64,000 bases of DNA, from positions 288,001 to 352,000 of the forward strand of contig CAVWIP010000010.1 of assembly GCA_963755125.1 (NCBI GenBank), given 5' to 3'. Of the stretch, positions 18,021 through 26,457 are shown piece by piece. Source of the DNA: an uncultured delta proteobacterium. Lineage in GTDB: Bacteria; Myxococcota_A; Polyangia; Fen-1088. Under the pieces are notes generated by a model, which did not search any database, was not told where the DNA came from, and saw only the letters and a program-made list of their open reading frames with translations. Position numbers and translations under genes: made by a program. How positions within the stretch are numbered: the stretch's first letter is position 1; each line of letters opens with the position of its first letter.

Positions 18021-19048
18021 GTCGATTCTCCCGTGCTTGTTGGCAGCTGCTCGGGCGGGGCGTGCAAGGTTCCCAGCGACAGGCTGCCTGCCCGCCGAAC
18101 ATCACCCGCATCGTACAGCCTGGGGTCGAAGGCACCGACCAGCAGCAGGGCCAGGGTCAGTCCAGTCGCCCCGGCGATGGCGGCCTTGTTGCGCAGCCAT
18201 TGCAGTTCGCGGTTCGGCCTCCCAGTCTCGGCCTGCACGCTGGCCAGGTGAACGCGCGTGCCGGCCTGCTTCTCTTCCGCGGCCGCGGTCAGGTCCATCT
18301 GCACGTGCTCCTGCTCAAGCTTGCTGCGCCGAGCTTCGACTTTGGCCAACCAGGCACGCAGAAAGGCTATCTTCACCCTCTGCGCGGGCAAGATCTTGCC
18401 AGGCGCCTCCGCGGCGGCGGCCTCCATCGCCGCCAGCTCGCCCTGGGTTCGACTGGCCTCTTCGCGAGCCTCGGCCACCGCGGCGCTGGCAAGACCCGCC
18501 TGCTGGCGTGCCTTTTCGGTGTGGCGGCCCAGTTCGGCCCTGGCCACCAGCAAACCGAGATCGCGCACCACAACCGCGGCCTGGTCCGGGTCATCGTCGC
18601 TGAACGTGATCACGATGCGGGCCGAACGCGAAGGCGCGCGTTCCAGGCGATCCTCGGCCAGGTAGTTCTGCAGGATATCGACCTCGATGCTCTTGCGCAT
18701 CTCTTCCAGCGCCAGCACCGGGCTACGCGCGGCTGCCCGACGAAAAAGTCCGTGTTTGTCCATCACCTCCTGCAACCCCGACGAGGTGAAGGCGACGTTC
18801 TCGACGAAGCCGCGCAGATCCGCGCGCGAAACTCGGGCTCGATCCGTCGACAGGGCACTCTCACGCAGCAGCAACTCGGCCCGAGCAGCGAATACCGGCG
18901 GCTGGCGCAACTGCAGGCCAAACAGCGCAGCCGCCGCCAGCAGAGCCGAGGCCGAGGTCACAAGCGGGCGCCGACCAGCCCGCCGCACCAGGCGCAGCGT
19001 CTCGACGATCCACTCGTGCCCCGCAGGCTCGTCCCCTTCCCAGCCCAT
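18017..19048 (-). CDS. second, shorter Wzz/Wzc-like co-polymerase
   Basis: Two TMs flank a periplasmic coiled region. IVITFSDDDPDQA parallels FRISFEDESPQRA of the neighbour; C-terminal AFDPRLYDAGDV parallels FFDDRLRAGFDL. Confidence 0.65.
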   Translation of the reverse strand: MGWEGDEPAGHEWIVETLRLVRRAGRRPLVTSASALLAAAALFGLQLRQPPVFAARAELLLRESALSTDRARVSRADLRGFVENVAFTSSGLQEVMDKHGLFRRAAARSPVLALEEMRKSIEVDILQNYLAEDRLERAPSRSARIVITFSDDDPDQAAVVVRDLGLLVARAELGRHTEKARQQAGLASAAVAEAREEASRTQGELAAMEAAAAEAPGKILPAQRVKIAFLRAWLAKVEARRSKLEQEHVQMDLTAAAEEKQAGTRVHLASVQAETGRPNRELQWLRNKAAIAGATGLTLALLLVGAFDPRLYDAGDVRRAGSLSLGTLHAPPEQLPTSTGEST

Positions 19049-19054
19049 GCGGCC

Positions 19055-19354
19055 TCACGCAAGCAGAACCCGATCCAGGCGCAGGAGCTTGAAGATCGAC
19101 AACGGCTGATCGCGCAGACCCTGGACCGTCACCACGCCGCCATATTCCTTGGCCTTCTTGTACAGGAACACCAGCGCCCCCACGCCCGAGCTGTCGATGA
19201 GCCGCAGACGCGAAAGATCGACGACGATGCGCGGGTGATGTTCGGCGATCAGGGCGTCTATGGTCGGCCGAACATCGGGAATACTGACTGCATCCAGCTC
19301 GCCCTCGATGCGAAGCGTGGCAACGCCATCCGCCCTATCGGTTGAGAAGTCCAT
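19055..19354 (-). CDS. STAS-domain anti-sigma factor antagonist (RsbV/SpoIIAA-like)
   Basis: LRIEGELDA, VVDLSRLRLIDSSGVGALV with the conserved phospho-acceptor Ser. Confidence 0.88.
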   Translation of the reverse strand: MDFSTDRADGVATLRIEGELDAVSIPDVRPTIDALIAEHHPRIVVDLSRLRLIDSSGVGALVFLYKKAKEYGGVVTVQGLRDQPLSIFKLLRLDRVLLA

Positions 19355-19943
19355 TTTTAGTCCTCTTACCTGAAACCCTCGGTAACTCCGACGGGCATTC
19401 ACGAATCCTCTTGCTCAAGCTCAAGACGTTGGGACGGCCCTGCTGGTAAGTCACCTCATCCATCAAAGACCGTATTATGAAGATGCCAAGCCCCGACTCT
19501 GGTAGCGCCTCCAGATCGGGTACGCGAGCCGTGTGCGGGTCAAACCCGGCCCCGTAGTCTTCCATGATCAGATGCAACACAGTGGGTTCTATCGTCATGC
19601 GCAACCGCACGATGTCCGACGGTCGACCGCGGTACGAGTGCAGCGCGATGTTGTTGAAAGCCTCGCCCACCGCGGACACAACCTGATGGGAAAACCCATC
19701 GGCCGGCGCACGACGGCCGCACGCCCGGGTGATGGCGAGCTTGCAGACCGCTGCGGCGGCACGGAGGATCACATGGCGATAGGCAATCTCGCCCGGCGCC
19801 TCCACGCAAACAGTTGCCCCGAGGAGCACGGTCACAATGTTACCACGCATTAGGTCCACAACAACTTGCATGAGGGCTTGCTGCTCTGGCGAGTCGTTTC
19901 CCGCGTCAGCCTGAGACATCATCATGGCGACCTTATCTGACAT
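19335..19943 (-). CDS. RsbW-like anti-sigma factor / Ser kinase (HATPase_c)
   Basis: AVGEAFNNIALHSY, DYGAGFDP, ESGLGIFIIRSLMDEV, NVLSLSK. Exact start is uncertain. Confidence 0.85.
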   Translation of the reverse strand: MSDKVAMMMSQADAGNDSPEQQALMQVVVDLMRGNIVTVLLGATVCVEAPGEIAYRHVILRAAAAVCKLAITRACGRRAPADGFSHQVVSAVGEAFNNIALHSYRGRPSDIVRLRMTIEPTVLHLIMEDYGAGFDPHTARVPDLEALPESGLGIFIIRSLMDEVTYQQGRPNVLSLSKRIRECPSELPRVSGKRTKNGLLNR

Positions 19944-20251
19944 TACACACCTGGAACAACCCGTGGCAAGATTTGGCGTCCAGTCCTGCCCCTGTCGCCG
20001 CCATCAGCCGAGAAGATGCGCGACATGAGGGCTCCCAGCGCTGAGCCGAGAATGAACCCGGCCACGCACGAACCGTCGGCTGGTATTTCCCCGGTGCTGC
20101 CGCCCTTGTGCCAGAGTCCGTCGGTGCCCACCTTGTTGCTGCGGAAATAGACGGTGATGTTCGGCTTGCCCGTCTCCGATCCGAGGCGGGTCGGATCGTG
20201 GATGAGCTTCATCGCCGGGTCGATGCCGGCAGCGCAGGCGGCGCCGTTCAC
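19943..20251 (-). pseudogene. probable gene remnant of unknown function
   Basis: About 60 codons with strong GC3 coding bias ([15 protein letters not shown]...[13 protein letters not shown]...LWHKGG) begin exactly at the ADH stop and then drift; no clear own start. Confidence 0.3.
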
Positions 20252-21249
20252 GCCGTGTGGGTAAACACGGCCCGGTAGCGGACCTGGCCTGCCTCGAGGC
20301 GTGCCCGCACCTCGTTGACCTGCACCAGCGGATAGACTTCGATCACGGGTTTGACCTTGCCCGACGCGACCAGTTCCAAGGCCTCGACCAGATCGCGCCT
20401 TTCGTCCTGACTCGAACCACGAAGCTGGCGTTGCCCCATCATCAATAGGATGGGGTCAATGGCGATGGGACCGTTGGCCACGCCCATGTTGACCATGCGC
20501 CCGTTTTCGCGTAGGCCGCCGAAGGCCGAGGCGATCTGCACGGCTGAATTGGTAGTCGAGAGAATCACGTCGAAACCACCGGCGTCGCGCATGGCGGTCC
20601 CCGGCTCTTTGCCCCCCACCAGTACCTCGTGGGCGCCCATGGACTTCAGTTCAGCCACCTTGTTGGCTTGGCCCGTGATGGCCCAGGTTTCCAGGCCCAC
20701 GGCGCGCGCGAGTTGCAGCGCCAAATGCCCCAGTCCTCCCAGCCCGAGCACAGCCACGCGTTCACCCGGTTTGGGGTCCGCATTGCGCAGCCCGCTCATG
20801 ACCGTGTAGCCCGCACAAAAGATCGGTGCCGCTGCCTCGTACGCGAGGCCCTCGGGCAGCAGCGCACAACCCGAAGCCCAGGCCAGCATGAGCTCAGAAT
20901 TTCCGCCGCCGAGGTGCATCCACGACTGCGCCTTGGCGCAGGCATACTGGTTGCCTGACTGGCAGGTGCGACAACGGCCGCAGCCCTTCTGGTTCCAGTG
21001 CACGCCCACGCGATCGCCCACGCGCAGATCGGTGACACCCGCGCCCAGCTCGACGATCTCGCCCACTGGCTCGTGCCCCGCCACAATGGGCGGCGTGAGG
21101 CCAAAGTGCCCGTGATGGACGTGCAGATCAGTGCCACACATGCCACTCGCGTGGATCTTGATGACGACCTGGCCAGGCTGGGGCCGAGGATCAGGAAGCG
21201 TCTTCAGTTCCCAGGGTTGGTTGATTTGGGTGATGACGGCTGCACGCAT
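20248..21249 (-). CDS. zinc-dependent alcohol dehydrogenase (MDR family)
   Basis: [21 protein letters not shown]...C, GLGGLGH; strong AAGGAGG RBS. Confidence 0.92.
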   Translation of the reverse strand: MRAAVITQINQPWELKTLPDPRPQPGQVVIKIHASGMCGTDLHVHHGHFGLTPPIVAGHEPVGEIVELGAGVTDLRVGDRVGVHWNQKGCGRCRTCQSGNQYACAKAQSWMHLGGGNSELMLAWASGCALLPEGLAYEAAAPIFCAGYTVMSGLRNADPKPGERVAVLGLGGLGHLALQLARAVGLETWAITGQANKVAELKSMGAHEVLVGGKEPGTAMRDAGGFDVILSTTNSAVQIASAFGGLRENGRMVNMGVANGPIAIDPILLMMGQRQLRGSSQDERRDLVEALELVASGKVKPVIEVYPLVQVNEVRARLEAGQVRYRAVFTHTA

Positions 21250-21319
21250 GGTGAGTTCCTCCTTGAAGCGATTAGATGAGGGCGGGAGGTTCTAGTTCCG
21301 CGAGAGAGCCTATCATGAC

Positions 21320-22066
21320 CTAGATCGTCATTTGATAGGCCAGGTAGCCCTGGAAAACAGTGTTGCCTACGATGCTTCGGCCCGCCGAGAAAAGCAGATG
21401 GTGGTGCTCGGTGAAGTCGACAACGAGCCCGAGGTTGAAGCGCAGGTTGGCACTGCCGCCGACCTGGTCAGGGGTGGTGTAGAAGATTTCGGTGCCGAGC
21501 GTGGCGAGCTGCGAGAGGCGACGCTGGAGCAGCCAACCGAAGTACCCGTAGTTGCGGTTTCCCTTTCCCGGGTCCACCCACAAGCCCCCGCCGCCATAGC
21601 TGGTCCAGGGACCAAAGCTCTTCTGCAGCCAGAGAGGAATGAGGACGTGCAGGTGCCCGGTCCCGAGCCCGCGGGCTGCGTCGCCGGTCGGCAGCTCGAA
21701 CATAGGGAAGGTGCCCACCATTGGTCGCCACGGGCCCTCGTCGACGAAACGCACCTTGGCGCCCAGTTCAATGTCGCCCACCCCATAGAACGTGGGACCG
21801 CCGCTCGCCCGCGCATACACCAGAGGCGCGAGCAAGTGAAGCTGCAGCCCGGGCCAGGCGCCATAGTTCACCTCGACGTGGGGCGCGGTTCCCGTCGCGA
21901 AATCGCGAGCGATGAAATGCTGGCTTGCCAGATAGAACTCCCAATGGCGGAACTCCACCGGCTCGGGATCGTCCGTTACGTAGGGTGGGCCCGCGTGTCC
22001 GGTTGCCGGCGCAAACACAATGGCCAGCACCGCAATTGACCGTCGCAAGGTCATCGCAGCCACCAT
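21320..22066 (-). CDS. secreted/outer-membrane beta-strand protein (putative transporter-like)
   Basis: Signal peptide ending GHA-GPPYVTDDPEPV; alternating aromatic beta-strands; C-terminal QGYLAYQMTI. Confidence 0.65.
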   Translation of the reverse strand: MVAAMTLRRSIAVLAIVFAPATGHAGPPYVTDDPEPVEFRHWEFYLASQHFIARDFATGTAPHVEVNYGAWPGLQLHLLAPLVYARASGGPTFYGVGDIELGAKVRFVDEGPWRPMVGTFPMFELPTGDAARGLGTGHLHVLIPLWLQKSFGPWTSYGGGGLWVDPGKGNRNYGYFGWLLQRRLSQLATLGTEIFYTTPDQVGGSANLRFNLGLVVDFTEHHHLLFSAGRSIVGNTVFQGYLAYQMTI

Positions 22067-22083
22067 TGTCCACCCTGACGATG

Positions 22084-22350
22084 TCAGCTACGGAAGAACC
22101 GCAGGGGCAGGCTTTCCTGCGCCAGCGCTTGCGGGGTCTGCTCGAAGGAACGGACGCCAAATTTCGCCAGGCGGTACAGGAACTCCACTCGCCCATTTCC
22201 CGTCGACTCGGACACCGGGCTTGAGGACAACCGCCGCAACGCGTATAGTTCCATGGTGGCGACGAGATTTAGACCGGGCAGTGGATCGTCGCTGGCCTGT
22301 GCGTCCAGCACTTCGATGGCAGTATCCTGGAAATCGACCGTGACCCTCAT
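22084..22350 (-). CDS. UPF0175-family small protein (antitoxin-like), possibly decayed
   Basis: ATMELYALRRLSS...RVEFLYRLAKFGV.SFEQT..AL resembles the UPF0175 pattern as I recall it; the HTH segment looks altered. Confidence 0.45.
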   Translation of the reverse strand: MRVTVDFQDTAIEVLDAQASDDPLPGLNLVATMELYALRRLSSSPVSESTGNGRVEFLYRLAKFGVRSFEQTPQALAQESLPLRFFRS

Positions 22351-22365
22351 GGATCTACTTTTCTT

Positions 22366-23633
22366 CTAAGATGCCGAAGACGGGGGTTTCGGTTCTGGGT
22401 CCGCGATGCTTTTCGCCGGATGGTGCGCCCGGCCGACCTCTTGATAATAGGCCTCGATGGATCGGGGCATGTCGCGGTGGATGACGAAACGGACGTTGGA
22501 CTTGTCGATGCCCATGCCGAACGCGATGGTGGCCACCACCACATCGGCGTCGTCGCAACGAAAGGCGTCTTGCACGCGCGTGCGCTCGCGCGGTTCCATG
22601 CCTGCGTGATAGGCCAGGGCGCGCACGCCGTGTTCGCGCAGGTAGTCCGCGGTCTGTTCGGTGGATCGCCGGGACAGGCAGTACACGATGCCGCTCTGGT
22701 CGCGACGACTGCGCACCAGGCGCGCGATGCGGTCGCGCACGCGGGGGCCGTCGTCGCCCTTGCGATACGCCGACCGATGTAGGTTGGCCCGGAAGAAACT
22801 GCCGCGAAAGGTGGCGGGCGCGCGCATGCCAAGCTGCTCGCCGATGTCGCGCACCACCTCGGCAGTGGCGGTGGCGGTCAGGGCACCGGGGGATTGCCCA
22901 GGCGGGCCTTAAGCCCGGACAGGTTGCGATAAGCGGGACGGAAATCGTGCCCCCACTGGCTGATGCAATGGGCTTCGTCCACGGCGAGCAGGCGCGGACG
23001 TACGCGCCCCATCAGCGGACCGAGCGACGCTTCCAGACCCTCGGGCGCGGCATAGACCAATTCGAATTCGCCGCGCAGAACCGCGGCCACGCGCCGGCCG
23101 CGCTCGTCGGGCTCCAGGCTGGAATTGAGAAAAGTCGCGCGCAGCCCCACCTCTGACAGGGAATCGACCTGATCCTTCATGAGGGCAATCAGCGGCGAGA
23201 TGACCAGGGTGGTGCCGCCGAGAAGCCGCGCCGGAATCTGGAAGGTGATCGACTTGCCAGCGCCGGTGGGCATGACGCCCACGCAATCGCGGCCGTCGAG
23301 AACGGTGGAAATGATCGCCTCCTGGCCGGGCCGGAACGAGGGATAGCCGAAGACCTCGCGCAAGACCTTGCGCGCCCGCGCCAGGTCGGCGCCGGGCTGC
23401 TGGTTCTTGAGGCTGACCGCGATGGCACGCAGGGTTTCCACTTCTCTGTTGGAAAACAAGTCGGGGCGCACCCGCCATCCTGCGCGCAGTCGATCGAGGT
23501 CCGCGTGACAGGCCGCGCGTGCCCGCTCGCCACGCTCGACACACACGCGCAAGGCCGCGACGGCATCGAGTACATCGTCGCGCGTGACTAGGTCCGCGGA
23601 GAAATCGTCAATCAAGCCAGGCCGACGCAGCAC
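22366..23633 (-). pseudogene. recQ: RecQ-family DNA helicase, frameshifted and 3'-truncated
   Basis: [18 protein letters not shown] and [16 protein letters not shown] lie in one frame; LTATAT..., GIVYC, YHAGM, ATIAFGMGIDKSNVR and YYQEVGRA lie in another. Frameshift near 22884; homology stops in motif VI. Confidence 0.88.
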
Positions 23634-23920
23634 TTGCCGATCGATTGCGCACCTTCAGGGTGTGCCTGCCACCGCCTGAGGCTACGGCAGATGGCAAGAC
23701 AAATCCACCAGGGAAGATCCGCGTCCTTGCCTTTCATGAGTCTCAACCCGAAGGCAGCGGATCGACCCGAGCAGTCGTCCCCAGGGGGAGCGAGCCATGC
23801 AACGACTGTAGCGCAGGACGTGCGAGGAGCGAAGCAGGCGTGCTCGTGGCGAGGCGTTCCTCTCACTCGCTCAGGCCTGAGACGCGGCCCGCGCCCGCGG
23901 TAGCCCTAGAGGGCACACGA

Positions 23921-25102
23921 TCATCGCAGCCACCACCTTCCAACGCCGATGACGGCGCCCGCGAGGACCAGCCACGCCGAGTTGACCTGGAATCGCAGCA
24001 AGAGCAGCGTGGCCAGCACCGCAAGCGACACAGTGGCGACGTCAACCATCGCGCTGCGTCCGAGGTACCACGTGACCGTTAGCATGAGCGCAAGCGCGGC
24101 GACGTTGACTCCGTCGAGAAACGCCCCCGCCGCGCGCGAACGTCGCAGGCGCGGCACCAGACGACTGCTCAGCGCCACGAACACGAATGACGGAAGGAAG
24201 ATCCCGAGAGTGGCGACGATCGCACCCGAGCCACCGTGGAGTAGGTAGCCGATGAAGGTTGCGGTGGTGAAAACCGGGCCCGGGGTGACCTGGCCGACCG
24301 CGATTGCGTCCAGTAGTTGGGATTCGGTGAGCCAGTGCCAGTGCTCCACCAGATCGCCGTGCAGAAAAGCCAACAAGACGTAGCCGCTTCCGTAAAGCAC
24401 CGCGCCCACCTTGAGGAAGACCAGAAACAGCCCCGCCAGGCTCACCGGGGCCGCCACGCCGGCAGCCGCCGCGGACGCTGGACCGAAGAAGGCGATGCCT
24501 GGGCCGAAGATGCCCCGCAGGTTTTGCTTAGCTGTTTTCGAAGCCACGCTCGCCGCCACGGCCAGCAGTCCGGCGCCGAACAGAACCACCAGCGGGTTGA
24601 GCCCCGCGAAGCTGGCAACCACCGCGAGCACAGCGAGAGCCGCCAGCATCCACGACTTTGTGGCAGCCCGTCCCAGCCCCCAGAGCGCCTGCACCACGAT
24701 CGCGATGATGATGGGCTTGACCCCGTAGAGCAGCGCCGATACCTGCGGCAGGGAGCCAAATCGGACGTAGGCCCAGGCGAACGCGACGGCAATCAGTGCG
24801 GCGGGCAGGATGAAGCATGCGCCACCCAAGATCAGCCCAAGCCAGCCAGCGCGCCGGTAGCCAATGAAGATCGCCATCTCCGTGGAGTTGGGGCCGGGGA
24901 TCAAGTTCGTCGCGCCCAGCAGGTCGAGGAACTGCTCTCGCGTGAGCCAACCACGCCGACGAACGACCTCCTCCTCCATCATCGCAATGTGGGCCGCCGG
25001 CCCGCCGAACGCCGTGAAACCTAGGCGTAGAAAGAACAGCACTACTTCGCGAAGCGCGCGAGGCGCCCGTGAGCCGGGCTGGTTCGACGTCCCTTCAGTC
25101 AC
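23921..25102 (-). CDS. chrA: chromate efflux transporter (long-chain CHR family)
   Basis: FLRLGFTAFGGPAAHI, IPGPNSTE, FLKVGAVLYGSGYVL, GQVTPGPVFT. GTG start at 25102 overlaps the DoxX stop. Confidence 0.9.
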   Translation of the reverse strand: MTEGTSNQPGSRAPRALREVVLFFLRLGFTAFGGPAAHIAMMEEEVVRRRGWLTREQFLDLLGATNLIPGPNSTEMAIFIGYRRAGWLGLILGGACFILPAALIAVAFAWAYVRFGSLPQVSALLYGVKPIIIAIVVQALWGLGRAATKSWMLAALAVLAVVASFAGLNPLVVLFGAGLLAVAASVASKTAKQNLRGIFGPGIAFFGPASAAAAGVAAPVSLAGLFLVFLKVGAVLYGSGYVLLAFLHGDLVEHWHWLTESQLLDAIAVGQVTPGPVFTTATFIGYLLHGGSGAIVATLGIFLPSFVFVALSSRLVPRLRRSRAAGAFLDGVNVAALALMLTVTWYLGRSAMVDVATVSLAVLATLLLLRFQVNSAWLVLAGAVIGVGRWWLR

Positions 25103-25556
25103 GCCTGGCCCGCCGTGCGGCAAACCACGCGTCGATCGACCAGGCCCCGCCGCCCACCATGAAAAGAAAAAGCGAACCCAGAAGCATCGACCAGTCGGTT
25201 CGCGCCTCGTGCGCCATGCTCCAGAACCCACCTTTCCACAGCATCGGGATCTTGGTGGTCGCGATGGCAACCAACATGTCGATGATGAGGGGGATGGCGG
25301 CGAGCCGGGTGCCCAGACCAACCAGAATCAGCAAACCGCAGCCGCTCTCGAAGACCCCATCGAAAGGCGCACTGAACCCCGGCCAGGGGATGCCGATCTT
25401 GGCGAAGCGACCAACCCCAAGCGTGGCCGGAAACAGGAACTTCTGGACGCCCTCGGAGAGAAAAACCGCACCCACGATGAGGCGCACCAGCACCGCCGCA
25501 GCCGGCGCGTTTGTCACCAGAACCCTCGCCACCAGATTCCTGCCCCAATTCCTCAT
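25095..25556 (-). CDS. DoxX-family membrane protein
   Basis: RLIVGAVFLSEGVQKF, GRFAKIGIP, HEARTDWSMLLG, GAWSID. Confidence 0.85.
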   Translation of the reverse strand: MRNWGRNLVARVLVTNAPAAAVLVRLIVGAVFLSEGVQKFLFPATLGVGRFAKIGIPWPGFSAPFDGVFESGCGLLILVGLGTRLAAIPLIIDMLVAIATTKIPMLWKGGFWSMAHEARTDWSMLLGSLFLFMVGGGAWSIDAWFAARRARRD

Positions 25557-25651
25557 GGCTCCACTTGTTCCTATCAGGTGCGATTTGGTCGCGCAACCAA
25601 CTTGGGAAACCCCGGGAGCATCTGGATCTGAGTGAGTGCTAGGATTGCACC

Positions 25652-26437
25652 ATGGGCGACGAATTTCTCTATCGCGACGTTCCCGTTCTCGGCAAACGCG
25701 TCCATCGCTATGGCCTGTCCGCATCCTATGGCCTGGACGAGGCCGGGATGCGCGAGGGGCTTGAACGCGGGTCCAACTACATCTTCTGGAGCCCGGCGAA
25801 GAAATTTCTCAATACCATCATCAAGGACGTAGTCGCGCCCAACCGCGAGCATTACGTCCTGGCCACTGGCCCCATTCTCGGATATTTCGCAGGCTCCGTC
25901 CGCCGCGCCACTGAAAAGGCCCTGCGCGCGAGCGGCAGCGACTACATCGACGTGCCGCAGGTGTTCTGGGTCAACCGCATGTCGCTGCTTTCGAAATCGG
26001 TGCTGGCCGAGATGGTGAAACTGCGCGACGAGGGCAAGGTTCGCGCCATCGGGATCTCCACTCACGACCGCAAACTGGTCGGCCGGCTCGCCGAGGAAGG
26101 CCCGCTTTCCATGTTCATGGTGCGCTACAACGCCGCCCACCCGGGTGCCGAGGTCGACATCTTCCCGCACCTCGAACGCCGCAAACCCATGATCGTCGCG
26201 TACACAGCGACTTCCTGGCGCAAGCTGCTGCGCGCGCCCAAGGGTTGGACCGGCAAGGTGGCCACCGCCGGCGACTGCTACCGGTTCTGTCTGACCAATC
26301 AGCACGTGGACGTTGTCTTGTCAGCGCCCAAGACCGCCGCGCAAGTCCGCGAAAACTTGGCCGCGCTGGAGAAAGGCCCGCTTTCCGACGACGAGAGGAC
26401 CTGGATGCGCGATCTCGGCCGCGCCGTGCACGGGTAA
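25652..26437 (+). CDS. aldo/keto reductase-family protein
   Basis: EKALR..GSDYID, LRDEGKVRAIGISTH, MVRYNAAH, QVRENLAAL. Confidence 0.8.
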   Translation: MGDEFLYRDVPVLGKRVHRYGLSASYGLDEAGMREGLERGSNYIFWSPAKKFLNTIIKDVVAPNREHYVLATGPILGYFAGSVRRATEKALRASGSDYIDVPQVFWVNRMSLLSKSVLAEMVKLRDEGKVRAIGISTHDRKLVGRLAEEGPLSMFMVRYNAAHPGAEVDIFPHLERRKPMIVAYTATSWRKLLRAPKGWTGKVATAGDCYRFCLTNQHVDVVLSAPKTAAQVRENLAALEKGPLSDDERTWMRDLGRAVHG

Positions 26438-26457
26438 ATCGAGGGCGACCATGTCAC

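Noticed and set aside
23634..23920. Possible structured RNA between chrA and the recQ pseudogene
   Set aside because: Only short imperfect hairpins, with no recognisable family.
25103..25321. N-terminal extension of ChrA, or a DoxX-ChrA fusion
   Set aside because: The two genes are in different frames; DoxX has its own stop at 25095 and ChrA a GTG at 25102.
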